This document shows, in pieces, positions 18,098-27,599 of a stretch of DNA of 64,000 bases. The notes beneath the pieces are model-generated. The model was not told the DNA's origin. It ran no database searches and was given only the letters and a program-made list of their open reading frames with translations. The translations under genes were made by a program, and so were the position numbers. Each line of letters opens with the position of its first letter. Position 1 is the first letter of the stretch. This DNA comes from a virus: IMG/VR virus record IMGVR_UViG_3300025879_001499, positions 7,263 through 71,262 of that record; one strand, given 5' to 3'.

Positions 18098-18619
18098 TTA
18101 GTCCCACCATCTTTGAATATTATGTTCTATAAAATCCCATAAGAGTTTATGTGCTCTCTTTTGTTTATCAAATGAATGAATCATCATCTCTCTTCGAACC
18201 TCATCAATTTCTTTTTGATGTTGTTCATCAACTGCATTTTCGTTCCAAACTTTCATTTCATACAACTCTTCACCAGTTCGTTTAGATACTTCACCCACAT
18301 CTACAAAATCATAGTGAGTTGTACCATATAATTTATCAATCTGAGCCATATACTCACTTGCATATTCCTCATCGTAAACTTTATCCATTAATCGGATTGC
18401 TGTTCTTATTTTCTGAGCATTGATTGGAGCTGATAAGGTATGGGCTCTATCCGATTCTAAATGTTTAGCCTGTCTTTCCAATTGTTTTTTGAAAAGTTCA
18501 ATAGAATATTTGTAATCAAAATCAAACCCATTCCAAATCATAGGTAGGAAATCAATCACTCGTTGAATCTGTCTATATTTTCTTCTAAAGAAGTATGTAA
18601 AGTTATTCCAATAATCCAT
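18098..18619 (-). CDS. Hypothetical phage protein
   Basis: P.IW..FDFDY...ends IQRWWD. Confidence 0.65.
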   Translation of the reverse strand: MDYWNNFTYFFRRKYRQIQRVIDFLPMIWNGFDFDYKYSIELFKKQLERQAKHLESDRAHTLSAPINAQKIRTAIRLMDKVYDEEYASEYMAQIDKLYGTTHYDFVDVGEVSKRTGEELYEMKVWNENAVDEQHQKEIDEVRREMMIHSFDKQKRAHKLLWDFIEHNIQRWWD

Positions 18620-18941
18620 AAATCGAATTTAATATACCATAACCAATTAATATAATCAATACACCAATACATGCATATGCGATTATCTTACTCGAATCTT
18701 CAATTTGTTTAGGATTCTTACCTTGAGTACTTCTATATTGTCTAAACTTCCCTTTTTCAGAATCCCATTCTTTGGTTCTACCTTTGAAAATATCTAAATT
18801 GTTGTATCTCTTCATTTTTTCTAATTTTGAATTTTCGATTTTGTTACCATTCTCATCACATACAGGTGCATCTAGTATTGAATAAATTATAAACAATGCT
18901 GAAACTAAAAGGTAAAATCCGAAATATATTATTAATTCCAT
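18603..18941 (-). CDS. Membrane protein
   Basis: TM helices at both termini. Confidence 0.55.
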   Translation of the reverse strand: MELIIYFGFYLLVSALFIIYSILDAPVCDENGNKIENSKLEKMKRYNNLDIFKGRTKEWDSEKGKFRQYRSTQGKNPKQIEDSSKIIAYACIGVLIILIGYGILNSIYGLLE

Positions 18942-18947
18942 TTATAT

Positions 18948-19157
18948 TTACAATTTACCTGCATCTAAGTTTCCATTATCAATATCATCAATAAGAAATT
19001 TAATTCTTTCTTTTGCGATATAAGGAGAATCTTCTTCTAATAATTCTTTAATCTGATTTAGGTTTTTGATAACCAATCTCTTTGAACACATAGGGTTTTT
19101 AACTTTAAATTCCCTACCTTCACTCAACCAATCTTTTACTGTATCTCTTAAACTCAT
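18948..19157 (-). CDS. Hypothetical protein
   Basis: ORF track. Confidence 0.5.
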   Translation of the reverse strand: MSLRDTVKDWLSEGREFKVKNPMCSKRLVIKNLNQIKELLEEDSPYIAKERIKFLIDDIDNGNLDAGKL

Positions 19158-19167
19158 AACTTATAAT

Positions 19168-19506
19168 TTATTTAGTGTATCCTACAAAATTAAACTTAGG
19201 TTCTTTAATGAATCCTTTACTCACATAGTAATCCAAATCATCAGCCATCTGATAGTTTGGTAGGTATTCTAAATCACCACAAATACCTTCGTACATAGAA
19301 TCCAAATCAAATCCGAAACCATAACCAGTTCCAATTACTTTAGCGAATTTGTTCAATTCATCCATATCACCACCTTTGTATAGTTCTTCTAATGTATCAG
19401 ATAAACTAGCTTTGATTAGTTTAGCAACCAAATCATTGTGGTTATACATTTCCTTATTCCAAGGCTTAGTGATTTCGATTCCGTACTTAGTTCCAATTAC
19501 TTTCAT
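19168..19506 (-). CDS. Hypothetical early protein
   Basis: Follows a GTAATTGA promoter at 19522. Confidence 0.6.
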   Translation of the reverse strand: MKVIGTKYGIEITKPWNKEMYNHNDLVAKLIKASLSDTLEELYKGGDMDELNKFAKVIGTGYGFGFDLDSMYEGICGDLEYLPNYQMADDLDYYVSKGFIKEPKFNFVGYTK

Positions 19507-19556
19507 ATCTTAGGGTTTTAATCAATTACAAGCCTAATATAAGAAAAATAATTGAA

Positions 19557-20459
19557 TTAACCAAATTTTTCGGTAAGATATTTTTCTAAAGTTTTGGTGG
19601 TTAAGTTAAAGGTTTGTTTATAATACTCCAATTTTTCAGTATTAACAGTATATCTTCTATCATGCCCTAATCTATCTTCAGTATGATTATACTTAACATC
19701 TTTATTCAATATATCACCAACCATAGTTATGATATCCTTATTAGTCCAACTATCCCCACTACCAATATTCCATATTCCGATTTGCGATATCATTAAATCG
19801 TAAATCAATTTAACATTATCTTCTACCCAAATCCATTCTCTAATTTGAGCTCCATCGCCATAAAGTGGAATTGGATTACCACTCTCAATAGAACGAGCTA
19901 TTGTGGGTAGGAACTTTTCTTTATGTTGATGTACACCATAGTTGTTACAAGTTCTGGTGATTAGATATGGTAAACCAAATGTTCTACCAGCTGATTCAAC
20001 CAAATGGTCTGCTGATGCTTTGGTAGATGAATAATACGATGATGGTTGTAATGATGTTTGTTCGGTAGCAGATGCTAATCCTCTACTATCCATATCACCA
20101 TACACTTCATCAGTAGAAATCTGAATGAACTTCTTTAGATGTGGTATCTTATTTGCAACTTCCAACATATTAAATGTACCTTCAACATTTGTTTTCACAA
20201 AAGGTAATCCATTTGAAATGGAGTTATCCACATGAGATTCTGCTGCAAAGTTTACGATATAATCTGCGTATCCAATATCATCCAACGTAATATCACAAAT
20301 ATCCCTTTGGATAAGTTCAACATCAGCCGGTATTGAGAATGGGTCAGCTGCATATGTTAATTTATCTATAACAACTATCTCACAATCAACATTCTTTCTT
20401 AGGTAGTTTACAAACGATGAGCCTATAAACCCACAACCACCAGTAACTATTACTCTCAT
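19557..20459 (-). CDS. rfbB: dTDP-glucose 4,6-dehydratase
   Basis: VTGGCGFIGS, DKLTYA, FAAESHVD, STDEVYG, YSSTKA, DRLGHDRRY. Confidence 0.92.
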   Translation of the reverse strand: MRVIVTGGCGFIGSSFVNYLRKNVDCEIVVIDKLTYAADPFSIPADVELIQRDICDITLDDIGYADYIVNFAAESHVDNSISNGLPFVKTNVEGTFNMLEVANKIPHLKKFIQISTDEVYGDMDSRGLASATEQTSLQPSSYYSSTKASADHLVESAGRTFGLPYLITRTCNNYGVHQHKEKFLPTIARSIESGNPIPLYGDGAQIREWIWVEDNVKLIYDLMISQIGIWNIGSGDSWTNKDIITMVGDILNKDVKYNHTEDRLGHDRRYTVNTEKLEYYKQTFNLTTKTLEKYLTEKFG

Positions 20460-20665
20460 TTATTTGTTTTAAGTGTAACTAATCTATGTATTTTTTTAAT
20501 TGCATCTTCTAATGATGTGGTTTGGAATTTAGGATGCCACCTACCCCAAACCCCAAATAGCCACTTATCATTCCACTCAACGATATAAACCGATTCTCCC
20601 CTTAATTCATGCTGAAGAATTCTATATCGTTTCATTTCTTTATTCCAACGTTTATCGCTTTTCAT
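20456..20665 (-). CDS. Hypothetical protein
   Basis: ORF track. Confidence 0.5.
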   Translation of the reverse strand: MKSDKRWNKEMKRYRILQHELRGESVYIVEWNDKWLFGVWGRWHPKFQTTSLEDAIKKIHRLVTLKTNK

Positions 20666-21206
20666 TATTTACGATTAATTTAATGATATCGTTAACTGTA
20701 TTTTCACCTACCTTTATGGTGTGATATGGTATGTTGTTATCAATTAAACTATTCATTATCACCTTATCCAATTCTTTGGATTCTTCTAAATTCTGATATC
20801 TCTCATCATCATTATGCTTACCATCAGCTCTTTCTAATACTATATTGATATTATCGTACTGATTGAATATATCCAATACCATCGTATCAAACGTTTCACC
20901 ATATAAATTTGATGGATAATCGGTACCCTTATAATAGTTACGATATGTTAAAGAGAGTAGGATAGGTGAATCCAATACAATGTAATCCACCTTTCCGTAA
21001 CTCTTTACAATACCCCTATGTTGATTTGCAAGAACATAGAGTTGGTCTTGGATTGCTGAGTGGTTCTCATCCCATGCTAATAACTTAGGAAACTCATAAG
21101 GTTGGTCACAATCAATGTGATTCTTTTTGAGTTTGTAAGTAATACCAGCAGCGATTGAGCTCTTACCCGCACCAGGTCCTCCAAATAAATTTATGATTTT
21201 ACTCAT
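20652..21206 (-). CDS. NadR/AAA_28-like P-loop kinase
   Basis: INLFGGPGAGKS, VLDSPILL, R.Q. Confidence 0.8.
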   Translation of the reverse strand: MSKIINLFGGPGAGKSSIAAGITYKLKKNHIDCDQPYEFPKLLAWDENHSAIQDQLYVLANQHRGIVKSYGKVDYIVLDSPILLSLTYRNYYKGTDYPSNLYGETFDTMVLDIFNQYDNINIVLERADGKHNDDERYQNLEESKELDKVIMNSLIDNNIPYHTIKVGENTVNDIIKLIVNNEKR

Positions 21207-22057
21207 TATAGTGATAGGATATATTCTTTCAATTTATCCGATGGTGCCCAATCCAATCTCTCTAAGGTATCATCATTCTCTCTTAGAGTTTGACGGTAGT
21301 TTCCAGCTACATCAGGTAGATGTACCTTTTCCAAACCATCGAATCGTTCGTTGAAGAATGAGAACACTTCATTGATTGAGTAGTTCATACCTGTACCCAA
21401 TTCCCAAGCATCTTCGTGCTTCTTATCACTTGTACCGATTTTGTAAAGTGCATCACAAATATCATCTACGTGTGTGAAATCTCTACGTTGTTCTCCATCT
21501 GAGATAATGGTAATTGGTTTACCTTCTTCAACTTGCTTTCTCCAAATTCCAATTACTGCTGCCCATTCTCCATCAACCAATTCGTTTGGTCCGTATACAT
21601 TGTAGAATCGTGCAATCTCAAAATCACAACCATAAGCAGTTCGGTACATCTTTAAGATATCCTCACCTAACTTCTTACAAGTTGCATATGGTGATGTTTC
21701 AGGGTTACACCAACGAGATGATGAACCACTATAAACTACCTTCACATTGTTTTGTCTTGCCCATTCTGCAACAATCATTACACCATTGGTATCCACTCTA
21801 AATGTTTCCATTGGGTCATCGAATGATGGTTGTATTCTTGCCAATGCTGCGAGGTGGTAAACTAAATCAAAGTTATCACCTTTCCAATATAAAAGAGATT
21901 CAATATCCCCATATACATAATTACAACCCTCAACCTCATACTCTTTCAATCCAGTTGATAAATCATCCAAAGATACCACATCGTGTCCTTCGGATACCAA
22001 TTTCTTAATTAGATTTGAACCGATAAATCCATTACCGCCTGTTACTAAAATCTTCAT
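21206..22057 (-). CDS. NAD-dependent nucleotide-sugar epimerase/dehydratase
   Basis: VTGGNGFIGS, HLAA, YATCK, RFYNVYGP, RDFTHVDD. Confidence 0.92.
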   Translation of the reverse strand: MKILVTGGNGFIGSNLIKKLVSEGHDVVSLDDLSTGLKEYEVEGCNYVYGDIESLLYWKGDNFDLVYHLAALARIQPSFDDPMETFRVDTNGVMIVAEWARQNNVKVVYSGSSSRWCNPETSPYATCKKLGEDILKMYRTAYGCDFEIARFYNVYGPNELVDGEWAAVIGIWRKQVEEGKPITIISDGEQRRDFTHVDDICDALYKIGTSDKKHEDAWELGTGMNYSINEVFSFFNERFDGLEKVHLPDVAGNYRQTLRENDDTLERLDWAPSDKLKEYILSL

Positions 22058-22115
22058 ATTATTTCTTTTATTTCATTTACAATAACCACTTAACTACAAA
22101 TATACGAAATTATTT

Positions 22116-23435
22116 TTATTTATACAAATAAATCCAATCCGAATGTTTACTATCTTTTATTTTCTGTCTTACCCTTTCCGATGATATCCCAAAGTATTCA
22201 CCAGCTTCTTTTAACGAATAGAACTCTATATCATTACATTTAATTATAGGATATTCCATTACAATCTCATATTCCCACATAGATTCCATATCTTCATAAG
22301 TAATATCCCAACCATCTACTTTCTTCCAATGTCTATAAATTGGGTTGTTAGATTCAATTCTATTTCTACATTCCATTTCACTTAACTCACACAACTTAGA
22401 TATTTGTATTGGTGATTCAAATGGAATATTTCCCACAACATATTTTATTTTAGGTTTCGTTTCCTCACCAATGATTTGCCAATCCTTATACGATGATTTG
22501 GTACTCCTACACCTTCTCTCTACTTCAGATGCTACTAATTTGTTTGGGTCTATATCAATTGCAGCATGGCGAAAAGTCAAGTATTTTGTACCATTTACTT
22601 GACACATTGGTTCACCACCTTTGATTTCCTCAGTTGCAATATCAGGGTTTCCTTTTACGAATACCAATACATTTTGATGTACTGATGGTATCTTACGATT
22701 TCTATCAAAGTAAGTTTTACCAACTCGAGATGCTTGGTGTTGTGAATTAAAGAGAATCATATCGTTATAGAATGATAACCCATGCTTCTCACACATTTGA
22801 ATGGTTTTGTGAACTAATCCTCTATACTTTCCAATAGAATAATTTCCCGTAGTAGATGGTTCTCTAACTTCAGAAACCACAATGGCAAAGAAACGATTGT
22901 TCTTTAATTTAATTGAGGATTGGTACAATATAGATTCTAAGGATTCATCAAACTGAGATTCACTCATTTGAGATAAATCACTTTTATTATCCGAATACAC
23001 TTCTAAATCATAATAAGGTGGACACGTAAATACAAAATCAAATTCATCCTCTAAACCAAATACTACCTTTTTAGAATCACCGAATATCCAATTTGGTTTA
23101 TCTGATTGTTCTTTGTTGGCTAAGATTTGAGATTCAGATAAATCGATACCTGTATAACTTCTACCCATTTCCTCTGCTACGATTCCTCTAACCGAACCTC
23201 CAGCAAATGGGTCTAATACACTTCCACCCTTTGGTGAAAACCAATCGTACATTACTTCACATAAAACCGGGTCAAATATAGAAACATTAGTAGATGGATT
23301 ATCCCAAAATATAGTTTTACTTTGGGTATCCTCTCTACCTAATTCCGATTGGATACCATAAGTAGTAATCCAATGTTCCTTACGCTTCTTCCACTCCTTT
23401 GTACGTGTATCTAAGACTGAAAATGGTGTTATCAT
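22116..23435 (-). CDS. N6A/N4C DNA methyltransferase with three C-terminal NUMOD1-like modules
   Basis: VLDPFAGGS and FTCPPY; C-terminal repeats such as FYSLKEAGEYFGISSERVRQKI. Confidence 0.8.
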   Translation of the reverse strand: MITPFSVLDTRTKEWKKRKEHWITTYGIQSELGREDTQSKTIFWDNPSTNVSIFDPVLCEVMYDWFSPKGGSVLDPFAGGSVRGIVAEEMGRSYTGIDLSESQILANKEQSDKPNWIFGDSKKVVFGLEDEFDFVFTCPPYYDLEVYSDNKSDLSQMSESQFDESLESILYQSSIKLKNNRFFAIVVSEVREPSTTGNYSIGKYRGLVHKTIQMCEKHGLSFYNDMILFNSQHQASRVGKTYFDRNRKIPSVHQNVLVFVKGNPDIATEEIKGGEPMCQVNGTKYLTFRHAAIDIDPNKLVASEVERRCRSTKSSYKDWQIIGEETKPKIKYVVGNIPFESPIQISKLCELSEMECRNRIESNNPIYRHWKKVDGWDITYEDMESMWEYEIVMEYPIIKCNDIEFYSLKEAGEYFGISSERVRQKIKDSKHSDWIYLYK

Positions 23436-23470
23436 TTATAACTTTTTGTTTGTAAATACAAATATACGAA

Positions 23471-23495
23471 AAAAGGTTGGATATACCAACCTTTT
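23471..23495 (-). terminator. Terminator hairpin fused to a promoter
   Basis: AAAAGGTTGG-TATAT-CCAACCTTTT immediately followed by TTCGTATATTTG. Confidence 0.7.
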
Positions 23496-23508
23496 CTTTA
23501 ATTATTTT

Positions 23509-23574
23509 TTACTCATCATTTGTGGTGAACCACACAAAAAGAGCTAACACCACAAAAAATACAACTCCCCACAT
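23509..23574 (-). CDS. 21-aa single-TM micropeptide
   Basis: MWGVVFFVVLALFVWFTTNDE, located between an ATACTTATA motif and a terminator. Confidence 0.4.
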   Translation of the reverse strand: MWGVVFFVVLALFVWFTTNDE

Positions 23575-23585
23575 AACTATAAGTA

Positions 23586-24179
23586 TTAGTTAGCTACGTG
23601 ATAATCTTGCCAATCCGTTCCCTTTGTATTAGCGTTAGGGAATAGGAATACCTCTTCTCTATCATCCCATCTGATTATCTTTCTAAACCCAGATGGTACA
23701 GTTGCACCTGATGGAAGAACTTCACATTCTCCTTCAAATAGAACTTCAATTCTTACATTCACTTCATAGAAGTTTGCAAGGTTTCTTTCAAATCCTTCTA
23801 ACCTATTCCAAATCCCTCTATTCAAAGATTCGTGTTGTAGAGCAGAATTCAAATACGAAAAAGTTTTCTTTAAAGTTTCCTTATCACAATTGAATGCTGC
23901 TGCAGGAGCCATATGTCCTTTATCCCAAACATTCTTTGAGTAATCATCATCATCTGAAGTATGTACTCCATCTACCTCATAGAAATCCATTCCATGTCTT
24001 TCAGCATCTCCGTTTGGACATTGTACTTTGTACTCAACCCACATAGGTTGTTCCAATACCTCATTGTATTCTACTGTAAAGATATCAGTTTCAATAATAA
24101 CCGATTTTCTTAATCCTTGTGCTTGAGTAGTGAATACAAATAGTAATCCTACTACTAAACTTAATAATCCTTTTTTCAT
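23586..24179 (-). CDS. Secreted DNA/RNA non-specific endonuclease (NucA/EndA family)
   Basis: Signal peptide MKK...AQA; WDKGHMAP, TFSYLNSALQ, LNRGIW..LE. Confidence 0.9.
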   Translation of the reverse strand: MKKGLLSLVVGLLFVFTTQAQGLRKSVIIETDIFTVEYNEVLEQPMWVEYKVQCPNGDAERHGMDFYEVDGVHTSDDDDYSKNVWDKGHMAPAAAFNCDKETLKKTFSYLNSALQHESLNRGIWNRLEGFERNLANFYEVNVRIEVLFEGECEVLPSGATVPSGFRKIIRWDDREEVFLFPNANTKGTDWQDYHVAN

Positions 24180-24280
24180 TTTATTTCTATTTTACCGCAT
24201 TTTCTACATGAATAGTACCCACCATTGGTACCATTTATATAACTCATTAAATCATTACAACTTTTACAAAACATATTTTT

Positions 24281-25129
24281 CTATAATTTTAATCCAATCC
24301 CTATTCCTATTCGTAATTCCCTACCCATCGATATCTGAGTTAGTATCTCCCATATCTCAAATCCGTATATCATTCCTACTTTAGCTGATATACCATTATA
24401 CACTCTTTCATTTATTGTATACAATCCACCTTCACTTCTGGATGATAGGATATAAGTTTCATCAAAGAATGAATCCCATTCACTTATCTTATAAAATCCC
24501 ATTCCTATATAAGGTGATACCCTTTTATGAGTCGTTCCTAACGCTAGAACCAATTCTCTTCTCTCCTTTGGAGTTCCCATCGGTAAATCTCCCCACTCTT
24601 CTACCTCCCATGGATAGATGTTATCATAATGAGGTATGGTATTAGGTAAGGAATAATGATATTGTATTAAGAGGAAAGTTTTTCCACCTATGGTAAGATA
24701 CGGAGAAAACGTATTTGGATTTTGGGTAGTTACCTCACTCAGGACCCCAACGGATAATCTCAGCGGAGGTGTAGGTGATGTTTTAGAGGTATCGTTGGTT
24801 AGGATGTATGTTCTACCATCCCAACTTCGATTTGGGTTCCAATATGGATTGTATCCCCATTGTTGTGGTTGGTAATAATAAGGTCGATAGGCTCTAACTC
24901 TTGGTGGACGTGGTGGAAGAATTGTATTGGTGGGTGTAGAACGTTCTCTCTTTTCTATCACCTTTCGTTGTTTTTGAGTCTTTTCCGTAGATTGTCCGTA
25001 GGTGATGTTGGTGAATAAGAAGATAAGGAGGAAGTACGGAAACCAACCCTGCTTTCTTGCTTCCCAAATGTTGTTACCGATTTCCATAATCCATTTACAT
25101 AACTTTTTTTTGAACTCTATTCTATCCAT
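24281..25129 (-). CDS. Putative outer-membrane beta-barrel protein (start uncertain)
   Basis: Signal-like LLIFLFTNITYGQ, Pro/Tyr-rich linker, amphipathic strands, SPYIGMG, C-terminal IGIGIGLKL. Confidence 0.55.
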   Translation of the reverse strand: MDRIEFKKKLCKWIMEIGNNIWEARKQGWFPYFLLIFLFTNITYGQSTEKTQKQRKVIEKRERSTPTNTILPPRPPRVRAYRPYYYQPQQWGYNPYWNPNRSWDGRTYILTNDTSKTSPTPPLRLSVGVLSEVTTQNPNTFSPYLTIGGKTFLLIQYHYSLPNTIPHYDNIYPWEVEEWGDLPMGTPKERRELVLALGTTHKRVSPYIGMGFYKISEWDSFFDETYILSSRSEGGLYTINERVYNGISAKVGMIYGFEIWEILTQISMGRELRIGIGIGLKL

Positions 25130-25576
25130 CCCTTTAAATAAGATATTCGGTTTAGATACAATTCTCTACACTTATAGGAACACATCTCTTTGGATTCCCC
25201 CCAACGCTTATACGTTTGTAAATGATAATCCGTTTCTACCAATTCCCTTTCCCACTTCGGATGTATCCCCAATGAGGAGGTAAATTCGAATAAGGCTTTG
25301 TTGAGGTTATTTCCCATATTAATATAATTATACTTTCAAATATAAATATAGTGAAATAGAACTATCAAAAAAAAATCAAGGTTTCGACTCACCCCCCACC
25401 ATAAACGATGTAAAGGAGATATCCCCCCTAATCCTCAATAGATGTTATAGTTTGTTTCAATGGGATGTAATCATCAATACCATCATTAAAATCGGTATCA
25501 TAATAATCTCCACGCTCATCTTTATTGGTGGTGGGTTCGTTCCATTCATCATTGAAGAACTTAAAATTCTCTTTCA

Positions 25577-25780
25577 TTAGAATATGTTTACTATTATTTT
25601 AGCAATCCCATTTTGAGTCATTACTGGTACTATCATATCACCATTCACTGGATTGAGTAATATCTTACCCTCATCCAACTTCTTTTGTTGGGATGGAGTC
25701 AACCTCTCTAATATCTTTTTAGTTACTAAAGGGTTTTTGATTAGCTCATCATCGGTTATGAACGATTCTATGGATATCAT
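25577..25780 (-). CDS. Hypothetical protein
   Basis: ORF track. Confidence 0.5.
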   Translation of the reverse strand: MISIESFITDDELIKNPLVTKKILERLTPSQQKKLDEGKILLNPVNGDMIVPVMTQNGIAKIIVNIF

Positions 25781-26056
25781 TTAATATGCTGGGGATACTG
25801 TTAGGATACATTCCGATAACCCTTCGAACTTTGATTGAACAGGTTCAATCTTTTCGATTTTCCATTTTAACTTTTGGAAAGTAATGTTTCCACCTACCGA
25901 TAGAACAGGCCCACCTTCGAAATCAAACATTGTAATATCTCCACTGTCATTCTGAGCCGTTCTCTGAAACTGAGATTCACCCATAATTCTAATGCGATTA
26001 GTATCAATCTTTTCGATTGTACGTTCTACACCATATCTACTTTTAGAAATTTCCAT
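25781..26056 (-). CDS. Hypothetical phage protein
   Basis: KSRYG...FDFEGGP.L.VG. Confidence 0.6.
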   Translation of the reverse strand: MEISKSRYGVERTIEKIDTNRIRIMGESQFQRTAQNDSGDITMFDFEGGPVLSVGGNITFQKLKWKIEKIEPVQSKFEGLSECILTVSPAY

Positions 26057-26239
26057 TTTTCATTAACTCTCTTTAGTTATTTTTAATTTATCATTATAGA
26101 TGGATAATAGCTCTGTATACTCCTTATCCTTACTATACATATTACCAAAATTATTTATAAGGTTAAGTACACTACCATTAGTTAAGTGAATGTACTGAGC
26201 CGTTCTGATTGTATTCCAAACTTTTGTATAAGCCGTAAT

Positions 26240-26529
26240 CATTATCGTAATCCTTTTATTCGATTTTCTTCCTCATTTCTCAAACATCTTTCGATGGAGA
26301 GTTCGGTCAATTTTGTTATTTCTTCTATTTTCTCTGGTTCATGTGGTGAATTGTAACATTCGAATCTTGGTGATTCTACTTCGTTATCTTGTAAGACAAT
26401 CACATGGTAATCTTCATTTAAATCTTTCATACCATGGATTGCCTTTCGTGATTCATTCACTTGGTTTGATGTCCAATAACCAGGTACTCTGATAATAAAA
26501 ATTGGTTTACCCATTATCGTAATCCTTTT
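26240..26529. repeat. 18-bp gene-junction direct repeat AAAAGGATTACGATAATG (minus strand)
   Basis: Identical at 26240-26257 and 26512-26529; both genes end KGLR-stop overlapping the next ATG. Confidence 0.85.
26242..26514 (-). CDS. Hypothetical protein
   Basis: ORF track; bounded by the repeat. Confidence 0.6.
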   Translation of the reverse strand: MGKPIFIIRVPGYWTSNQVNESRKAIHGMKDLNEDYHVIVLQDNEVESPRFECYNSPHEPEKIEEITKLTELSIERCLRNEEENRIKGLR

Positions 26530-26999
26530 GTTGTTGTTCTACCCAATGCTATTGCAATTTCTGATGGTGTTGTTCCCATCTTAACTTGCTTTTTGTACCA
26601 CCAATACATATCTTCAGTTGTACCTTTTCCTCTTTGCTTTTGTAAACATTTTTCCCACAAATCTTTTCCGAACTCAGCTTCCAACTCAATTCGTAATTGA
26701 TGTAATCTCAATTCCTCTTCCTTAATACCAACTTCCATCAACTTTTGTGCTTTGATTCGTTTCATCTTAGCATGTTGATGAGCTTCTACCTTTCTATCAT
26801 TGATATCTGATATTTTGGATGTTTTCATAAATTTATCATACATCGTATCGTACAATTCAATATTATCATCTGCTTCCAAAAAGTAAGGAGAGTATTCAAA
26901 ATCCCCATTTCTAATTTTCAATAGAAGTGGTGCGTTTGATTTTAAAGGTCTATTTCTATACTTACCTTCGGTAAAATATCGGAATGGATTGTAAGACAT
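26514..26999 (-). CDS. Hypothetical protein
   Basis: ORF track; promoter-like sequence at 27025-27056. Confidence 0.65.
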   Translation of the reverse strand: MSYNPFRYFTEGKYRNRPLKSNAPLLLKIRNGDFEYSPYFLEADDNIELYDTMYDKFMKTSKISDINDRKVEAHQHAKMKRIKAQKLMEVGIKEEELRLHQLRIELEAEFGKDLWEKCLQKQRGKGTTEDMYWWYKKQVKMGTTPSEIAIALGRTTTKGLR

Positions 27000-27196
27000 G
27001 TTTTATGGTTTTAATTATTATATGTAAATATACGAATAATATTTGATATAACCAAATTAATCTCTTTCTAAGATTTTCTTTAATTGCGATTCTTTTAACA
27101 TTTTGGGTTGTTCGGTGTTTTTACCAACCTCTTCTTCAGTTGGGATGCGATAGTTCTCAACTAATCTCTGCATCCAATCTTTGGTTTCTTTACTCA

Positions 27197-27523
27197 TTAT
27201 CGAAATATTAAGTTTAATAGGGATAATAGTATCTTCTCTGATTTACTCAATTGACTCCATAATTCTAAATCCCCCAATTGTTCTAATAATTTTAAAGATG
27301 GGGTTCTGAGGAATAATACATCTCCACTAAATTTTAACTTCTTATCTGCCCCATTGGGTAATTCCCAAGTCATTTTTAGTAAAGAGTATTCTCGTAATCC
27401 ACTTTGAATATTTAAGATATCAAATCCCCAACCTTCCCAAGTGTTATTGATTAGGATGATTAGAGGTGATATTGTAATGTGAAGTTTTCGAAACTTCCAA
27501 CTTATTTTTTGTAGTAATTTCAT
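27197..27523 (-). CDS. Hypothetical protein
   Basis: ORF track. Confidence 0.5.
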   Translation of the reverse strand: MKLLQKISWKFRKLHITISPLIILINNTWEGWGFDILNIQSGLREYSLLKMTWELPNGADKKLKFSGDVLFLRTPSLKLLEQLGDLELWSQLSKSEKILLSLLNLIFR

Positions 27524-27556
27524 ATTTTATGTTTTGGTTAAATTAAAAAGAGATTA

Positions 27557-27575
27557 GGGGAGTTGAGTACTCCCC
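27557..27575 (-). terminator. Hairpin downstream of the AAA+ gene
   Basis: GGGGAGT-ACTCA-ACTCCCC followed by TAATCTCTTTTT. Confidence 0.6.
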
Positions 27576-27599
27576 CATTCTCAGCGTAATTGAGTAACC

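Noticed and set aside
17620-23554. 12-bp match GCTAACACCACA at 17620 and 23543, possibly attC-like
   Set aside because: Only two short copies in different reading contexts, with no paired inverse core and no integrase in the window.
25365-25430. G-rich intergenic stretch with TCGA resembling a tRNA T-loop or ncRNA
   Set aside because: No cloverleaf or convincing stem could be drawn; at most a weak terminator.
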